From contig NC_052156.1 of the NCBI RefSeq assembly GCF_902713615.1, forward strand, positions 152,460,804 through 152,524,803: a stretch of DNA of 64,000 bases. The letters run 5' to 3'. Positions 1 to 12,900 of this stretch are shown in pieces. A program made the position numbers and the translations under genes. A model generated the notes under the pieces. It saw nothing but the letters and a program-made list of their open reading frames with translations, did not search any database and was not told the origin of the DNA. Each line of letters begins with the position of its first letter. Position 1 is the stretch's first letter. The stretch comes from Scyliorhinus canicula (Eukaryota).

Positions 1-490
1 TCTCTGAGATCTCCATGTTCATCTGAGATCTCCATGTTCCTCTGAGATCTCCATGCTTCTCTGAGATCTCCATGTTCCTCTGAGATCTCCATGTTCCTCT
101 GAGATCTCCATGCTTCTCTGAGATCTCCATGCTTCTCTGAGATCTCCATGTTCCTCTGAGATCTCCATGTTCCTCTGAGATCTCCATGCTTCTCTGAGAT
201 CTCCATGCTTCTCTGAGATCTCCATGCTTCTCTGAGATTCCATGTTCCTCTGAGATCTCCATGTTCCTCTGAGATCTCCATGCTTCTCTGAGATCTCCAT
301 TTTCCTCTGAGATCTCCATGTTCCTCTGAGATCTCCATGTTCCTCGGAGATCTCCATGCTTCTCTGAGATCTCCATGCTTCTCTGAGATCTCCATGTTCC
401 TCTGAGATCTCCATGTTCCTCGGAGATCTCCATGCTCCTCTGAGATCTCCATGTTCCTCGGAGATCTCCATGCTCCTCTGAGATCTCTAT
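1..490. repeat. 19-bp minisatellite (TCTGAGATCTCCATG[TTCC/CTTC]), ~25 copies, truncated by the window edge; intronic in the CPA gene
   Basis: Direct tandem periodicity visible. Each unit carries the palindrome GAGATCTC. It explains the repetitive 150-aa ORF 19..471. Confidence 0.97.
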
Positions 491-836
491 GCTTGTCCCA
501 TTCTGGCATCACGCATTTTCGTTGTTTCACTATTGGCAGCTGTACATCTTGCTGCCTAGGACCCATGCACTAACATTTAAGCCTTATCACCTCTTTCTCC
601 AACTTTAAGGTGCTCCTAACATTTTTTTTGAAACCAACCTTTTAGTCTCCTCTCCTAATGCCTCCTGATTTGGCTCCAATTCAAATCATGTGTTTTAATC
701 GCTATTGTGATGGTTCAATGTGTTAATGGTGGAAATGCAAGTTGTTATCATGGGGGAGGAAGCGGTGAGGAAAGACAAAGGTAGAACCATGAAACAGAAC
801 CGATAAGGCCTGAAATCCTGAACTATTTACCTCGAC

Positions 837-947
837 CTTGGTCCGACTGTAAACATAACCATCTGGGTTTGCTAAGATAAACATGAAGATGTCCATTTTG
901 TTCAGCAATGATGTGATGAAGGGATCTTTCCCATAGTCAGTGGTGAT
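837..947 (-). CDS. CPA coding exon 7
   Basis: cattag|[37 protein letters not shown]|gtcgag; 111 nt. An alternative donor lies 6 nt further on. Confidence 0.93.
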
Positions 948-3900
948 CTAATGATGCAAAAAAAAATCATTCAGAATCAGGTGTCAGATTGTTTCCGACA
1001 ACCCAGTTTTCCCCACTTGCAAAATCATGCTCATTCTGTGCTTCTGCTGCTGTCTATGGGTCAGATCTTACAATGGATCACAAGTTACAGAGCAAGCACC
1101 CACCAAGTTCCCATTTGTCAGAATAACTGGGGTGAGGTAATCCTTAAGGAAAGTGACAGTGATCAAGTAGATTTGAGAACAATTTAACCTAACTCACTGA
1201 ATGGGAAACCCAAGTGTTTGGGTCTGGAATGATAGTTTTACACCCCAGCCAATATTGCTCTCCAGTGACGTCAATGGAGACTAAAACTGGGCGGGGTGTA
1301 AAAACACAGTGTTGTTCCCGATCGGGTCGCTTTCCCCATCAGTGGTTTCGATTGACGTTTCCCCAATAGATTCCAAAACGTTTTCTTACCTTCTTTGCAA
1401 TCCATATTGCGACAGCAGGCGCTATCCATTCACGGCCGTGGGTGCCACTGTCAATCCATATGGCAGGACGATTGGGCCTTCTGCTAAACTATGTGAATGA
1501 GTAAAAAGGCCTCATTAAACAGTCTCTAGAGACTAATAGAGTGAATGTATATTCTGTTGGAGAATGGAAGGTGTAAGGGCTTTTTGGTTGGCATGGACCA
1601 GTTTGGGCCAAAGGGCCTGTGTCCGTGCCGTCGATTCGATGATTCTATGTGTACATGAATCAGGTAGAATAACAATACATTCATAAATTGCTACAGTTAC
1701 CATGAGTGCTGCAGAAAATGAATGGGCCCTCATTTGTGGCATGTCCAAAGTATAACAACCAATTTGATACTTGAAAATCATGCACAACAAATGGTAACAA
1801 CTAACTTCAGCATGAAACAAGCAAATGTGTCACACAGGACATGATGCACCCACATTTGTCCTTTGGAAACAACCAACAAAAGGTACACACCGACTGGAGT
1901 TCCTGCCGACGTTCAATTGAGTCTTGTTGAGGCTAGCGTAAGCAGTTAGATACATGCTTGCAATTTCTCAAGTCTCTGGTATGTGAGTATTAGTACTTTG
2001 GTTTCATAGGCACTGTATGAAAAGGGTTCTGTTTTATTATCACTTTGACTTGATACAAAAAAGAGCGATATCCAAATGCTGCCATGTTTTCTAGTCCTCA
2101 CATAAGAGATAAAGAATACATGGCAATATCTGGTGATACCTCCACATAAGGAACATAGGAATATATCTGTCAAAATTATTACACTTAGACCAGGGAGGTT
2201 TCTCGTGAGATTTGACAGCCTCTTTGCATCACCGAGTCAGGCGTGCAAAGCCGTTTGATCTATTTGATCGGTAGCTATCCTCTACACTATCCACTCCTTG
2301 ACCAATCTTTGTGTCATCTGCAAATTTCCCAATCATGACCACCACATTCAATTCCAAATCGTTAATATAACACAAACATAAAGGGTCCCAACACCAAGTC
2401 TGTGGAACACCACTTGTAGCAACTTTCCATTCGCAAGGGCATCCACTGAATATTACACTTTGTTTCTTGTTACTAAACCAATGTTTTATCCAGTTTGCCA
2501 CTTTACCTTGTATCCCATGGGCTTTTACTTTTTTGACCAATCTGCCATGTGGGACCTTGTCAAACACCTTGCTAAAATCTATGTACACAACATCCACTGC
2601 ACTACCTTCATCAACCCTTCTTGTCACTTCCTCAAATAATTCAATCAAATTTGTGAGGTGGGACCTCCCTTTAACAAATCCATGCTGAACGTCCCTGACT
2701 AGTCCAAGCCTTTCTATGTGACAATTAATCCTCTCTCTCAGGATTGATTCTACTAATTTGCCCACCACCGATGCAAAACGAACTGGCCTGTAATTCTTTG
2801 GCATTTCTTTCAATCCCTTTTTAAACAATGGAACTGCATTTATATGTCTCCAGTCCTCCGGTACCTCCCCTGTAACGAGTGATAATTGGTTAATCATCCT
2901 CAGAGCATCTGCTATCTCATCCCTGACCTCCTTCAGCAGCCTTGGAAACAATCCATCTGGCCCTGGCGACTTATCAACTTTCAGGAATTCCAACCCATCG
3001 AGTATTTCCTCTCTCTTTATGGTTATCCCATCCAATATCACACAGTGTTTCTCCTGGACTACTATATCTGTATCATCCCTTTCTTTTGTAAACATGGGGA
3101 CAAAATATTCATTTAAAACCTTTCCCACAACCTCTGCGTCTACACACAATTTCCCTTCTTCATCTCTGATAGGTCCCATTTTTTCCTTAACTTACCTTTC
3201 CCCATCAATATATTGGTCAAACAAAATGGGGGCTGATTTAGCTCAGTTGGCTAGACAGCTAGTTTGTGATGCAGAACAAGGCTTGGGGGGTGAGGGTTCA
3301 ATGCCCACATTGGCTAAGGTTATTCATGCAGGCCTGCCTTCCCATCCTTGTACCATGCATGAGGTGTGGTGACCTGCAGGTTAAATCACCACCAGTCAGC
3401 TCTCCCCCTCAAAGGGAAAAGCAGCCTATGGGTTACTATTGGGAAATCACCTTTGGGTTTTCTTTACCTTTACTTGCTAATCTATTTTCATGCTCTCTCT
3501 TTGACTTCCTTAATTCCTTTTTCACTTCATCCCTGCACTTCCTATACCTGTCTAGGCTGTCTAAGCAGTGCTTAGTTCATTGCGTCTATTGTACGCTTTC
3601 TTTTTCTGTTTGATCTTCCCCTGTATTCCTCTAGACAACCAGAGGGGTCTAGATTTGGCAGTATCACTTTTATTTTTGGAGGGGACATGTCTACTTTGCA
3701 CATGATGATCTCGCTTTTTAGTGCTTTGCACTGGTTTTCCCCTGCTGTCCAGTCCACCTCAGCCAAGTTCCTTCTCATTCCTGCTTGAACTGCTGTAGGT
3801 TCACCCACAGTGGTATTAAAATACGGGAAGCTATTTTCTGAATGCACATGATTGAGCACACAGTCGAGGTTGATACTTCATGAATGCCATTTAGTTATTG

Positions 3901-6900
3901 ATTGAGCACCAGCAAACTCTCCTGAAATAGCACAAGGTTCCGATGTGGCAATGAGATATTAAATGTCTTTAATGTTTGATCAACCTTCAGGACATAGAGT
4001 GCCCGCTGTTGGAAACTTCTACCAATTCGTATTCTTCTGACAATATGAGGATTTTCATTTTGAAGATTCTTCAACCAGGTATAAATCTGAAGCGAAAACA
4101 AAAATAGTTTTGTGTAAATCACATCACTAAATCCCTGAATAATATTGAGAACCATGCAAAAACAAGTGTTCTTAAAGGTACAGGTTTCTCAAACATTTCC
4201 TGGATGGGTTGGTGCAAGAAGGGAACATTTTCTATGATGCAACATAATTGCCCTATAATTGAGGATGGGTACATCTTTCCTGGCAATCAGATGCCATATT
4301 CTCCAACATTTCTTTATGCAGAGACCTCCATTGTAACATATGGAGACCCAGAGAACAAACCTGTGTTTACTTTCATGCCACCTTAACCTGCTGGTAGATT
4401 CACAAACCCACATGCTCATGGGTCTCAGCTACTGTTGGGTTTCCGACCGATCCTGTTGTTTGCACTCGGGGATGCAACTGAAGGTGGCTACAAATGTGCA
4501 TGTAATCAGCTGGAATCCTCAAAACCAAAGCGTCATCTATCAAGGTTAAATTGAATTATCCTGTGCTTACAGCGGGCGAGCTGAGTTTGAAGAGGGCACA
4601 ACAAAGGTACCATCCCCTTGATTCTCCCATTGGGAATGGATGAGACACCCTTGGGAATGTGAGGTTGCTGAATTCACGCTATAGATCCAAAGGAAGGATC
4701 CACTTGTGCCAGTTTCCTATGATACATCACAAACTTTGTTCCTACTACCTCCTACTATCTCCATCCCTCTCCCTGTCACTGACTTAGACTGAACCAGGCA
4801 GCTCACAAACCCCATCTCCAGTTTGAAACAAACCTGGTTTCTGACCCCACTGATAGAATTTTACAGGATCCAGGGTTTGCAGGCAAGGTGGGTGTAAAAT
4901 TCCTGAGGGTGGCCTTCCCACCCCCTATTGCCCACCCCCGACATGTCTGAAATTTTACTGGGGCACAAGTGAGGCCCAGAGTGACAGGCCTGCCCTCAAC
5001 TCAATGCCTCCTGATTGGAAGGCCTTAAGTGGTCAATTACCCAGATGTAATTTTAAAGTCGGCAGGATTAAGTTAGGGATTGGGGGTTAAGGGTTGGTTG
5101 AAGCCTGGAAGGTTATCTTACTTGGAAGGTGGGCAGAAGGGTGTCTCCCTCACGGGCCCCCTTCCCAATCAGGCCCCTTCACCCCTGTGCGCTCCCTCCC
5201 TCCCTTCCTCACTTCCTCTCTTCCTCCCTACCATCACCTGTCCAACCTGACCAACGCCTCCCTCACCCTCCCACATCTGCCCCCCGCAACCAACCATAGT
5301 CTCCACTCTTACTAGGTTCTGGGCCCCTAGAACTTACATCTGTGGACTGCCTGTAGTTCCAGCTGTGGCTCTCACTGTTGGTGGTGTTGCTGGGATTATG
5401 GAGCTTCTAGCCAATCAGATTGGCCGGCTGCTCTCCAAAGTGGAACTTCTCCGAACTGTTACAATGCAGAAGGAGGCCATTTGGCCTCTCCAAATGAGCA
5501 ATTCACTGAGCCATTCTCCCGCCTTCTCCCCATTACCTTGCATATTCTTCCTGTTCAAATAACAGTGAGTGAGAGCCTCCCATCTCCAGGAGCATTAAAT
5601 GGCTGTGGGGACTGACATCAAAACCCACCCAGCCAAACAATTCTGCCCCATATTCTCTTCATGATCAAAATTGCCAAGTTCCACCTCCGGAATCTCACCC
5701 ATTTCCCTTCGTGTCTCAGTTCAATTGCTGCTGAAACCCTCCTCCATGCCTGTGTTGTTTTCAGACTCTACTGTTCCAAAAGTCTTCTGGTCAGCCCCCA
5801 ATTCCTATCACCCACCATAAACTAGAGCTCACCCAAAACTCTCCTTCCCATATCGTAACTCACAACTCCTTCACCCCTGCATTTGCTGACCTGACTATCA
5901 GACTTGCAATGCCCTGATTTGAAAATTCGCAGCCTAGTGTTTTGATCTTAGCTGTCACCTCCTCCACACTTATAATAGATTTCTGTATTCCTCCATTTCT
6001 TGTTTCCTGGGCTTCCTCGCTTTCTTTGAGCTTTGAAATATCCTCCACCCAGCCTCTTCACTTCTCCAATCCGCTCTCATCCTTAAAGACACTCCTCAAA
6101 ATCCTTCACTTTGCCTCAAATTTGTGGTCACCTGCTCTCGTGTCTCCTTATGTGGCTTGGCAGTCTTGCAATGTTTTATTGTGTTAAAGATGCCATACAA
6201 ATGGAAGTTGTTGTTGGTGTTGAACCAGTTAGCTATGGTACAGTAGAATTATCAGGGCAGACCTAGTAATGCGATACAGACCTTTGAGGATAACACAGCA
6301 GGATATATAGGTTCTCACCTCCTTTAGATTGTGGTAGGATCTGTAATCAAAGCTGTTGGTTCCATTTCTCTGATCGGAGAACAACATTCTTACATGCTCC
6401 TCACCCGCCAAAGACTGAAAAGCAAGATTAGACAGGAATTCATTTTCAAAAACTGCAAATAACTGATTAATATATTCAAATTTGCCACAAAAAAACCCTT
6501 TCCCAATTGAAAGCACTTTACGCAATGAATTAGGTATAGCAGCCCAGTGTCGTTGTTTTCTCACATCCTAAAGCATCCATTCTGCTGCACCCCACCTATG
6601 AATTATGAGGCAGATGAACGATGGTTTATAGGTTGAGGGAGGGATGCTGACCAGAACACCGAGGATAGCTCCCAGTGAAATAACGTCACGAGATCATGAT
6701 AGGGTTGTCAACTTTGGTTGGATACATCCCTGGAGGTTTCATCATGTGATCCCCTCCTAGCTCCAACTGCCTTCAAGTGTTTATCCAATTTCACTTTGAC
6801 GGTTGCTATCGAATCTGCTTCCACCAGCCTTTCAGGCAGTACGACCGAGAACTCGCTGGTGAAACAATTCTCCTCTCTCCCCTCTGGTGATTTTGTCAAA

Positions 6901-9900
6901 ATTCTGTCCCCCTTTGACTATCAATCCTGCTGCCCGTGGAAACTATTTATTCCTATTTATCATATTAATATCCCAAATAAATTTAAGCATCGATATTAAA
7001 TCTCCCCTTCACCTTCTCCGCTCCGAGGAGAACAATCCCCAAATAGGGATACCAAAAATACTCTTGATGTAGTTCTCACCAGGGGCAAATACGGTAGTTT
7101 TAATGTCACCTCTTTGGATAAATATGCATGTTATATTCTTGACTATGTATGGCACAATTCTGTTTCCTATTTTAACAGCCCTGTAACATTGTACTGGTGT
7201 TTAGTGAGCCGTCCTTGCTATCGCAAGCTGAGTAGGAGCAGTGTAGCCAAATTGCTTCCCCACTCAGTCACAAAGAGACAAATCGCACAGCCTGGGCCAG
7301 GAGTCTGAAACATTACCAGATTTACCTGAAGATTCTTGATCATGACGGAATATGTGATGCCATTAGACTCCAGAAAGGATTTGACCGTGTGGGCATGCTT
7401 GCGAGGGACCCGTATTTCAATCGGTAGGTCAATCCTTTCAGGTGCTTTCCAGAAATTGAGCTGCAAAGGAGACATTTCAGAGTTCTCTTCATTATAGAAA
7501 GTGAGATAAAAGGTGTCAGCTATGGCTTTGATAATATGCTTGCCCCAGAGTCAGAAAGTTGAGAGCTCAAATCCCACTCCTATACGTTTAAAAAAAAACA
7601 TGCATTTATTACCCATCCCTAATTGACTTTGGGAATGTAGTGGCGAGTCACCTTCCTGATCCACTGCAGTCCAACCATTGTAGGTGCACCCACAGTGCAG
7701 ATAGATAGGCAGTCGCATACAGGATTTGCAAACAGTGACAGTGAAGGAACAGCAATATATGACCAAACACATGGTGTGCAACTTGGAGGGGAGCTTGCAG
7801 AAGGCGTGGTTCCCAAGCGTTTGCCACCCTCGCCCTTTTAGATGGTAGACATTGCATGTTTGGAAGGTGTCAAAGGCTTGGCCAGTCCAAAGTACACCTT
7901 GTACATGGTGCCCATGGCTGCCACTATGAGCCAGTGGCAGATGGATAGTGCAAGGTTATGGTGGTGGATGGGATGCCAATCAAGGCTGCTTTATGTTGGA
8001 CAGTGTCGAGCTTCTTGAGCTGCACATGACGCTCCAGTGCAGCACTGAGGGTGCGCTGCACTGTCAGAGTTGCTGTTTCATATGGGAAGTGAGTACCCAC
8101 CATCTTTTTTCTCAGGTGGAAGCAAAGGCTCCCATGGCTCTACTTTGAAGAAAAGCAGGGGAGTTATGCCTCGTGTCCTGGCCAATATCAATCTCTCAGC
8201 GATCATTAAAAATAGATTCACTGGGATGCCCGAGGTTGTGAAAGACCCTAAATGTAAGTTTGCTTTCCTGCAACTCACCTCACCAGAAAGTGTTGTGGCC
8301 TCAACAACCCTGGATCCCAGTTCTGGCAATGGGACCAACACAACATTGATGGCTCACATTCACCTGTTCAGTTACCCTACAACCTGGTCCCCAAGTAAAG
8401 AGGGCAGATATGTTTGAGAAACCAAAGCAATGGGTCTATACCCATACAGCAAGAAGCTGACAAGGGTCGGAGAGAAGATCAGGTACACCAAGATGCATTG
8501 AAGTGTGACACCCAGGTTGCATTGTCAAAGGTTGTAGAGAGAAGGGACAATTGGCTGAGATAGGAGGCCTACAATTTTGGGGTAATCCCACCTGCATATG
8601 TCTGTCAATATGATTGTCTGGCTTAAGGCCCCATGTTCTCAAAATGACCCAATACCTTCGACGTAGAAACATTTTGCGGTTCAATTGGAACAATTACGGG
8701 CGGCACGTGGTGCAGTGGTTAGCACTGCTGCCTCACGGCACCGAGGTCCCAAGTTCAATCCCGGCCCTGGGTCACTGTCTGTGTGGAGTTTGCACATTCT
8801 CCCCGTGTTTGCGTGGGGCTCAATCCCCCCACAACCCAAAGATGTGCAGGGTAGGTGGATTGGCCACACTAAATTGCCCTTTAATTGGAAAAAAAATAAT
8901 TAAATACTCTCAATGTATTTTTTAAAAATTGGAACAATTACCTTCAAATGCTTCACTTCCTTGAGGGATTTCACGAGAGCCAGCTGTTCCTCACTGTTGA
9001 CAAGGATACGCAATACCTGATGTCTAAGGGATTTTAAAAATCGAGGTACAGGTCATTTCAAATTCAAATGATGATATAGACGAACATGGGAAATTGTAGA
9101 CCAATTCAGAATGTCCAATTCACCTAACAGCTCGCCTTTTGGGACTTGTGGGAGGAAACCAGAGCACCCGAGGGGAAACCCACGCAGAAATGGGGAGAAC
9201 ATGTAGACTCCGCACAGACAGTGACCTAAGCCGGGAATCGAACCTGCGTCCCTGGCACTGTAACAAGGTGAAGGCTAGGGCTTGTATATCCTTCATGTGC
9301 TCCGGTTTCTCCCACCGTCAAAAGGTGTGCAGGTTAGGTGGATTAGTCATGCTATAAATAGAGGAAATGAAATGAAATGAAATGAAAATCGCTTATTGTC
9401 ACGAGTAGGCTTCAAATGAAGTTACTGTGAAAAGCCCCTAGTCGCCACATTCTGGCGCCTGTTCGGGAAGGCTGTTATGGGAATCGAACCGTGCTGCTGG
9501 CCTGCTTGGTTTGCTTTCAAAGCCAGTGATTTAGCCCTGTGCTAAACAGCCCCTCTTTGCACGTCCATGATTCATTCAGGCAACTACCTCCAGACTGATC
9601 CAATTTTCACTGGTGGGATGTCCAAAAGATGACTTGTGAGATTTAGATCTTTGAAGAAAAGGTCTAAATCTACCAGAGATATTTGGAAAGGTAGTGTACC
9701 TTTTAGAAAGGCCCAGGTAAGCCTAGCGATCCCTTTGGGAGGGGCAAGGTACCTATAAGAGAGGAAAGGTATCCTTTGGGAGAGGTAAGGTGCCCTTTCG
9801 GAGAGTTCATGTTTCTCTTTGGGGGAGGCAAGGTGCCCTTTAGGCTTGTTGAAAGTAGAGATGAATGTACATATAATGTGGATAAACTCCTTGGGACTGA

Positions 9901-12900
9901 CAAGCTGTTAAAACACTTAAATCACCTGCCCTTTAAACAAAAGTTGTGCATTTTTAAAAAGTGATTGCTATTTCATTCTGTCTGGTTTTTTAAAATTTAG
10001 AGTACCCAATTCATTTTTTTCCAATTAAGGGCAATTTAGTATGGCCAATTCACCTACCCTGCACATCTTGTGGGGGCGAAACCCACGCAAACATGGGGAG
10101 AATGTGCAAACTCCACACAGACAGTGACCCAGAGCCGGGATCGAACCTGGGACCTCAGCGCTATGAGGCAGCAGGGCTAACCCACTGCGCCACCGTGCTG
10201 CCCATTCATTCTGTCTGTTGATATAAGCCTGAAGGTTATAATCTTAGAATTTATGGTGGATGACTGACTTCACAGTCATTATCCATTATCACAGTGGAAT
10301 GCCTATTGGTTCACAGTTTGATTGACAGCTTCAAGTAGTTATAAAACTGTGTGTGGGGCTATGAATACAAATACTTGCTTTTATAAGGGATTGGGTACTG
10401 ACATGCAATGTTTGCTTTTATAAGGGATTAAGCTGTTGAAGTAATTTGGATGTGGTTAATAGGTTTTGATGATTGAGTTAATAATAATAAAGTCTGAAAT
10501 GGATGCTAATAACTTTATTTTGTTGTAGCATTGTTCCTGAGGTCTGCCCATGGTGGAAACTGTGTGAATTGGCAGAGAATGTTAAGTGCAAAGAGTGATG
10601 GATGGAGGGCATGAGTTGGCATAGATGGGGAATGGGAGGTGTGTGGGGGGTAAGGGGATGTCAGGGAGTGAGGGCTAGAGAGATGTGCTTTGTTCTCTTG
10701 TTTTTTTTAACATCTGGGACAAAGTTTGAGAGCATTGAGGCTGACCTTTCACTCAGTCTACCTCACAATAGGCTGCCCCTGCTGCTGCTGCCTCTGTACT
10801 GTCTAGGGGTAGTGGGCCCAACTTCACAGTTCATGCAAGAAAAAGGTTTTCTCCATCAAATGTATCCCTTTACTGGCATTAGCAACCATCTGGGATTGCC
10901 TTGACATTTCCAGGAATGATAGACTAATTTCCAGGAATTAAAGACATAGATAAACCTGGGGGGAAATTCATAGGGACATTAACAAATCATTCTTTGAACA
11001 TTGTCTTTATTACTTACAAAAATATTGGATACAAGGAGAAACAGGTAGTTTGACTGACAGTAAAGAATCTGCTCATTGGATATGGAAGGGACTATTCACT
11101 TTCTAATTTGTGTGGGAAGGCAGTGCCCCATGAGGATTGACGTTTTGAGTGACCGATTGTGAGGGATGGGAGATTGAAGGCAGAAGGTCATGTGATGGAA
11201 CCTCCAGGAATACATCCAACCAGAGGTGGCAGCCCTTCCCCTTCTGACTAAAAGTGCTGATGTGCGTTCTATCCCAACAGATGCAGAGAACATCTCACAA
11301 CATACTTTGCGTTCTTCTTATTCATTCCCGTTGTTTGGGCGTCACTGACAAGGTCAGGAAGAAAAATCATTTGGACTCGAAACATTAACTCCATCTCTCT
11401 CTCTTCCAGGTCCACTAAATCTTCCCAGCATTTTCTGTTTTTAATTTCAGGATTTATTACCTGCCCCTGGCCGCCCTCTAAAGGTGTTGATGATCGATCT
11501 TGACTCACTGCCGTATTCACTGAAAGGAATCAATCTAAGTTGCATTCCTCATCCACTGAAGTATTGTTTACACAGTTTGGAATACATCCCCTTTCCTACA
11601 AGCGGAGGCCTTGTCCCCTGTGTAGACTGAGTGGTCCATGAGGAGGCTGTGATGACGCGGGTACATAAGAGGTTATGTGTTGGGAGCACGGGAGTTCTCC
11701 CGGGATTACGAGCAGACACACAGCATGTAAGAGCTGCTCAGGATATTCGATAAACTGTTATTGTTTGAAGCCCTTGATCTCCAGCTTTTCAAACACAGTG
11801 CTTAATGGTGTCAGGTGTTGGCAGAATGGCACAGGGACTTTGCCACATGGACCTGCTCGTGTTCAATGGAAACATCGAGGACAAAGTTTGAAAATGGCGC
11901 ATTTACTGCGATGCTGGAAATCCAAAACAGTACAAGCATACACCTTACTACATATAGCAGGCCTGAGGTCATCCAGAATTCAAATCTTTTGTTTTCCAAA
12001 TGGAGGAGAAAGGGGAGCCTGAGATACTGTTCAAAATGTTTGAGAACTTTTTCTTACCAGTAAAGAACATTGCACTCGATAGACACGCATTTTATACTCC
12101 CAACAGAATATTTGATGAATCGATTCAATCCTACACTGTGACACGGGGGCTAGATTAGCTCAGTTGGCTAGATAGCTGATGCAAAGTGAGGCCAGCAGCG
12201 CAGGTTCAATTCCTGTACCGGCTGAGGTTATTCATGAAGGCCCCGCCTTCTCAACCTTGCCCCTCGCCTGAGGTATGGTGATCCTCAGCTTAAATCACCA
12301 CTTCTCAGCTCTCCCCATCAAAGGGGAAAGCAGCCTATGGTCATCTAGGAGCATATAGGGGCTGGTTTAGCACAGGGCTAAATCGCTGGCTTTGAAAGCA
12401 GACCAAGCAGGCCAGCAGCACGGTTCGATTCCCGTACCAGCCTCCCCGAACAGGCGCCGGAATGTGGCGACTAGGGGCTTTTCACAGTAACTTCATTTGA
12501 AGCCTACTCGTGACAATAAGCGATTTTCATTTTCATTTCATCTGGGACTATGTCGACTTTACCTTTACACCATGACACTAAAAGTGCATTTGCCACCATT
12601 ACCAATGAGTTTGTCAGATCGCATTGTATGTGGGGTCCATAGTGATCTTGTCCGCAAGCAGTGGACCTGGTCACTGTCTGTGTGGAGTCTGCACGTTCTC
12701 CCCGTGTCTGCGTGGGTTTCCTCCGGGTGCTCCGGTTTCCTCCCACAGTCCAAAGATATGACGATTAGGTGGGGCTACAGGGATAGGGCAGGGGAGTGGC
12801 ACTGGGTAGGGTGCTCTTTCAGAGGGTCGGTGCAGACTTGATGGATCGAATGGCCTCCTTCTGCACGGTAGGGATTGTATATTTCTATGAAAATATACTG

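Noticed and set aside
19-471. 150-aa repetitive ORF, and a possible CRISPR-like array
   Set aside because: It is a by-product of a 19-bp tandem repeat. There are no unique spacers and the context is a eukaryotic intron.
8698-8770. tRNA-like sequences at SINE heads (many copies)
   Set aside because: They have A/B boxes but run into SINE bodies with TSDs; they are not tRNA genes.
11351-11450. Fourth hammerhead-like copy (..ggactcgaaacattaact)
   Set aside because: Homologous to 36285, but the CUGAnGA core and stem III palindrome are mutated; presumed dead.
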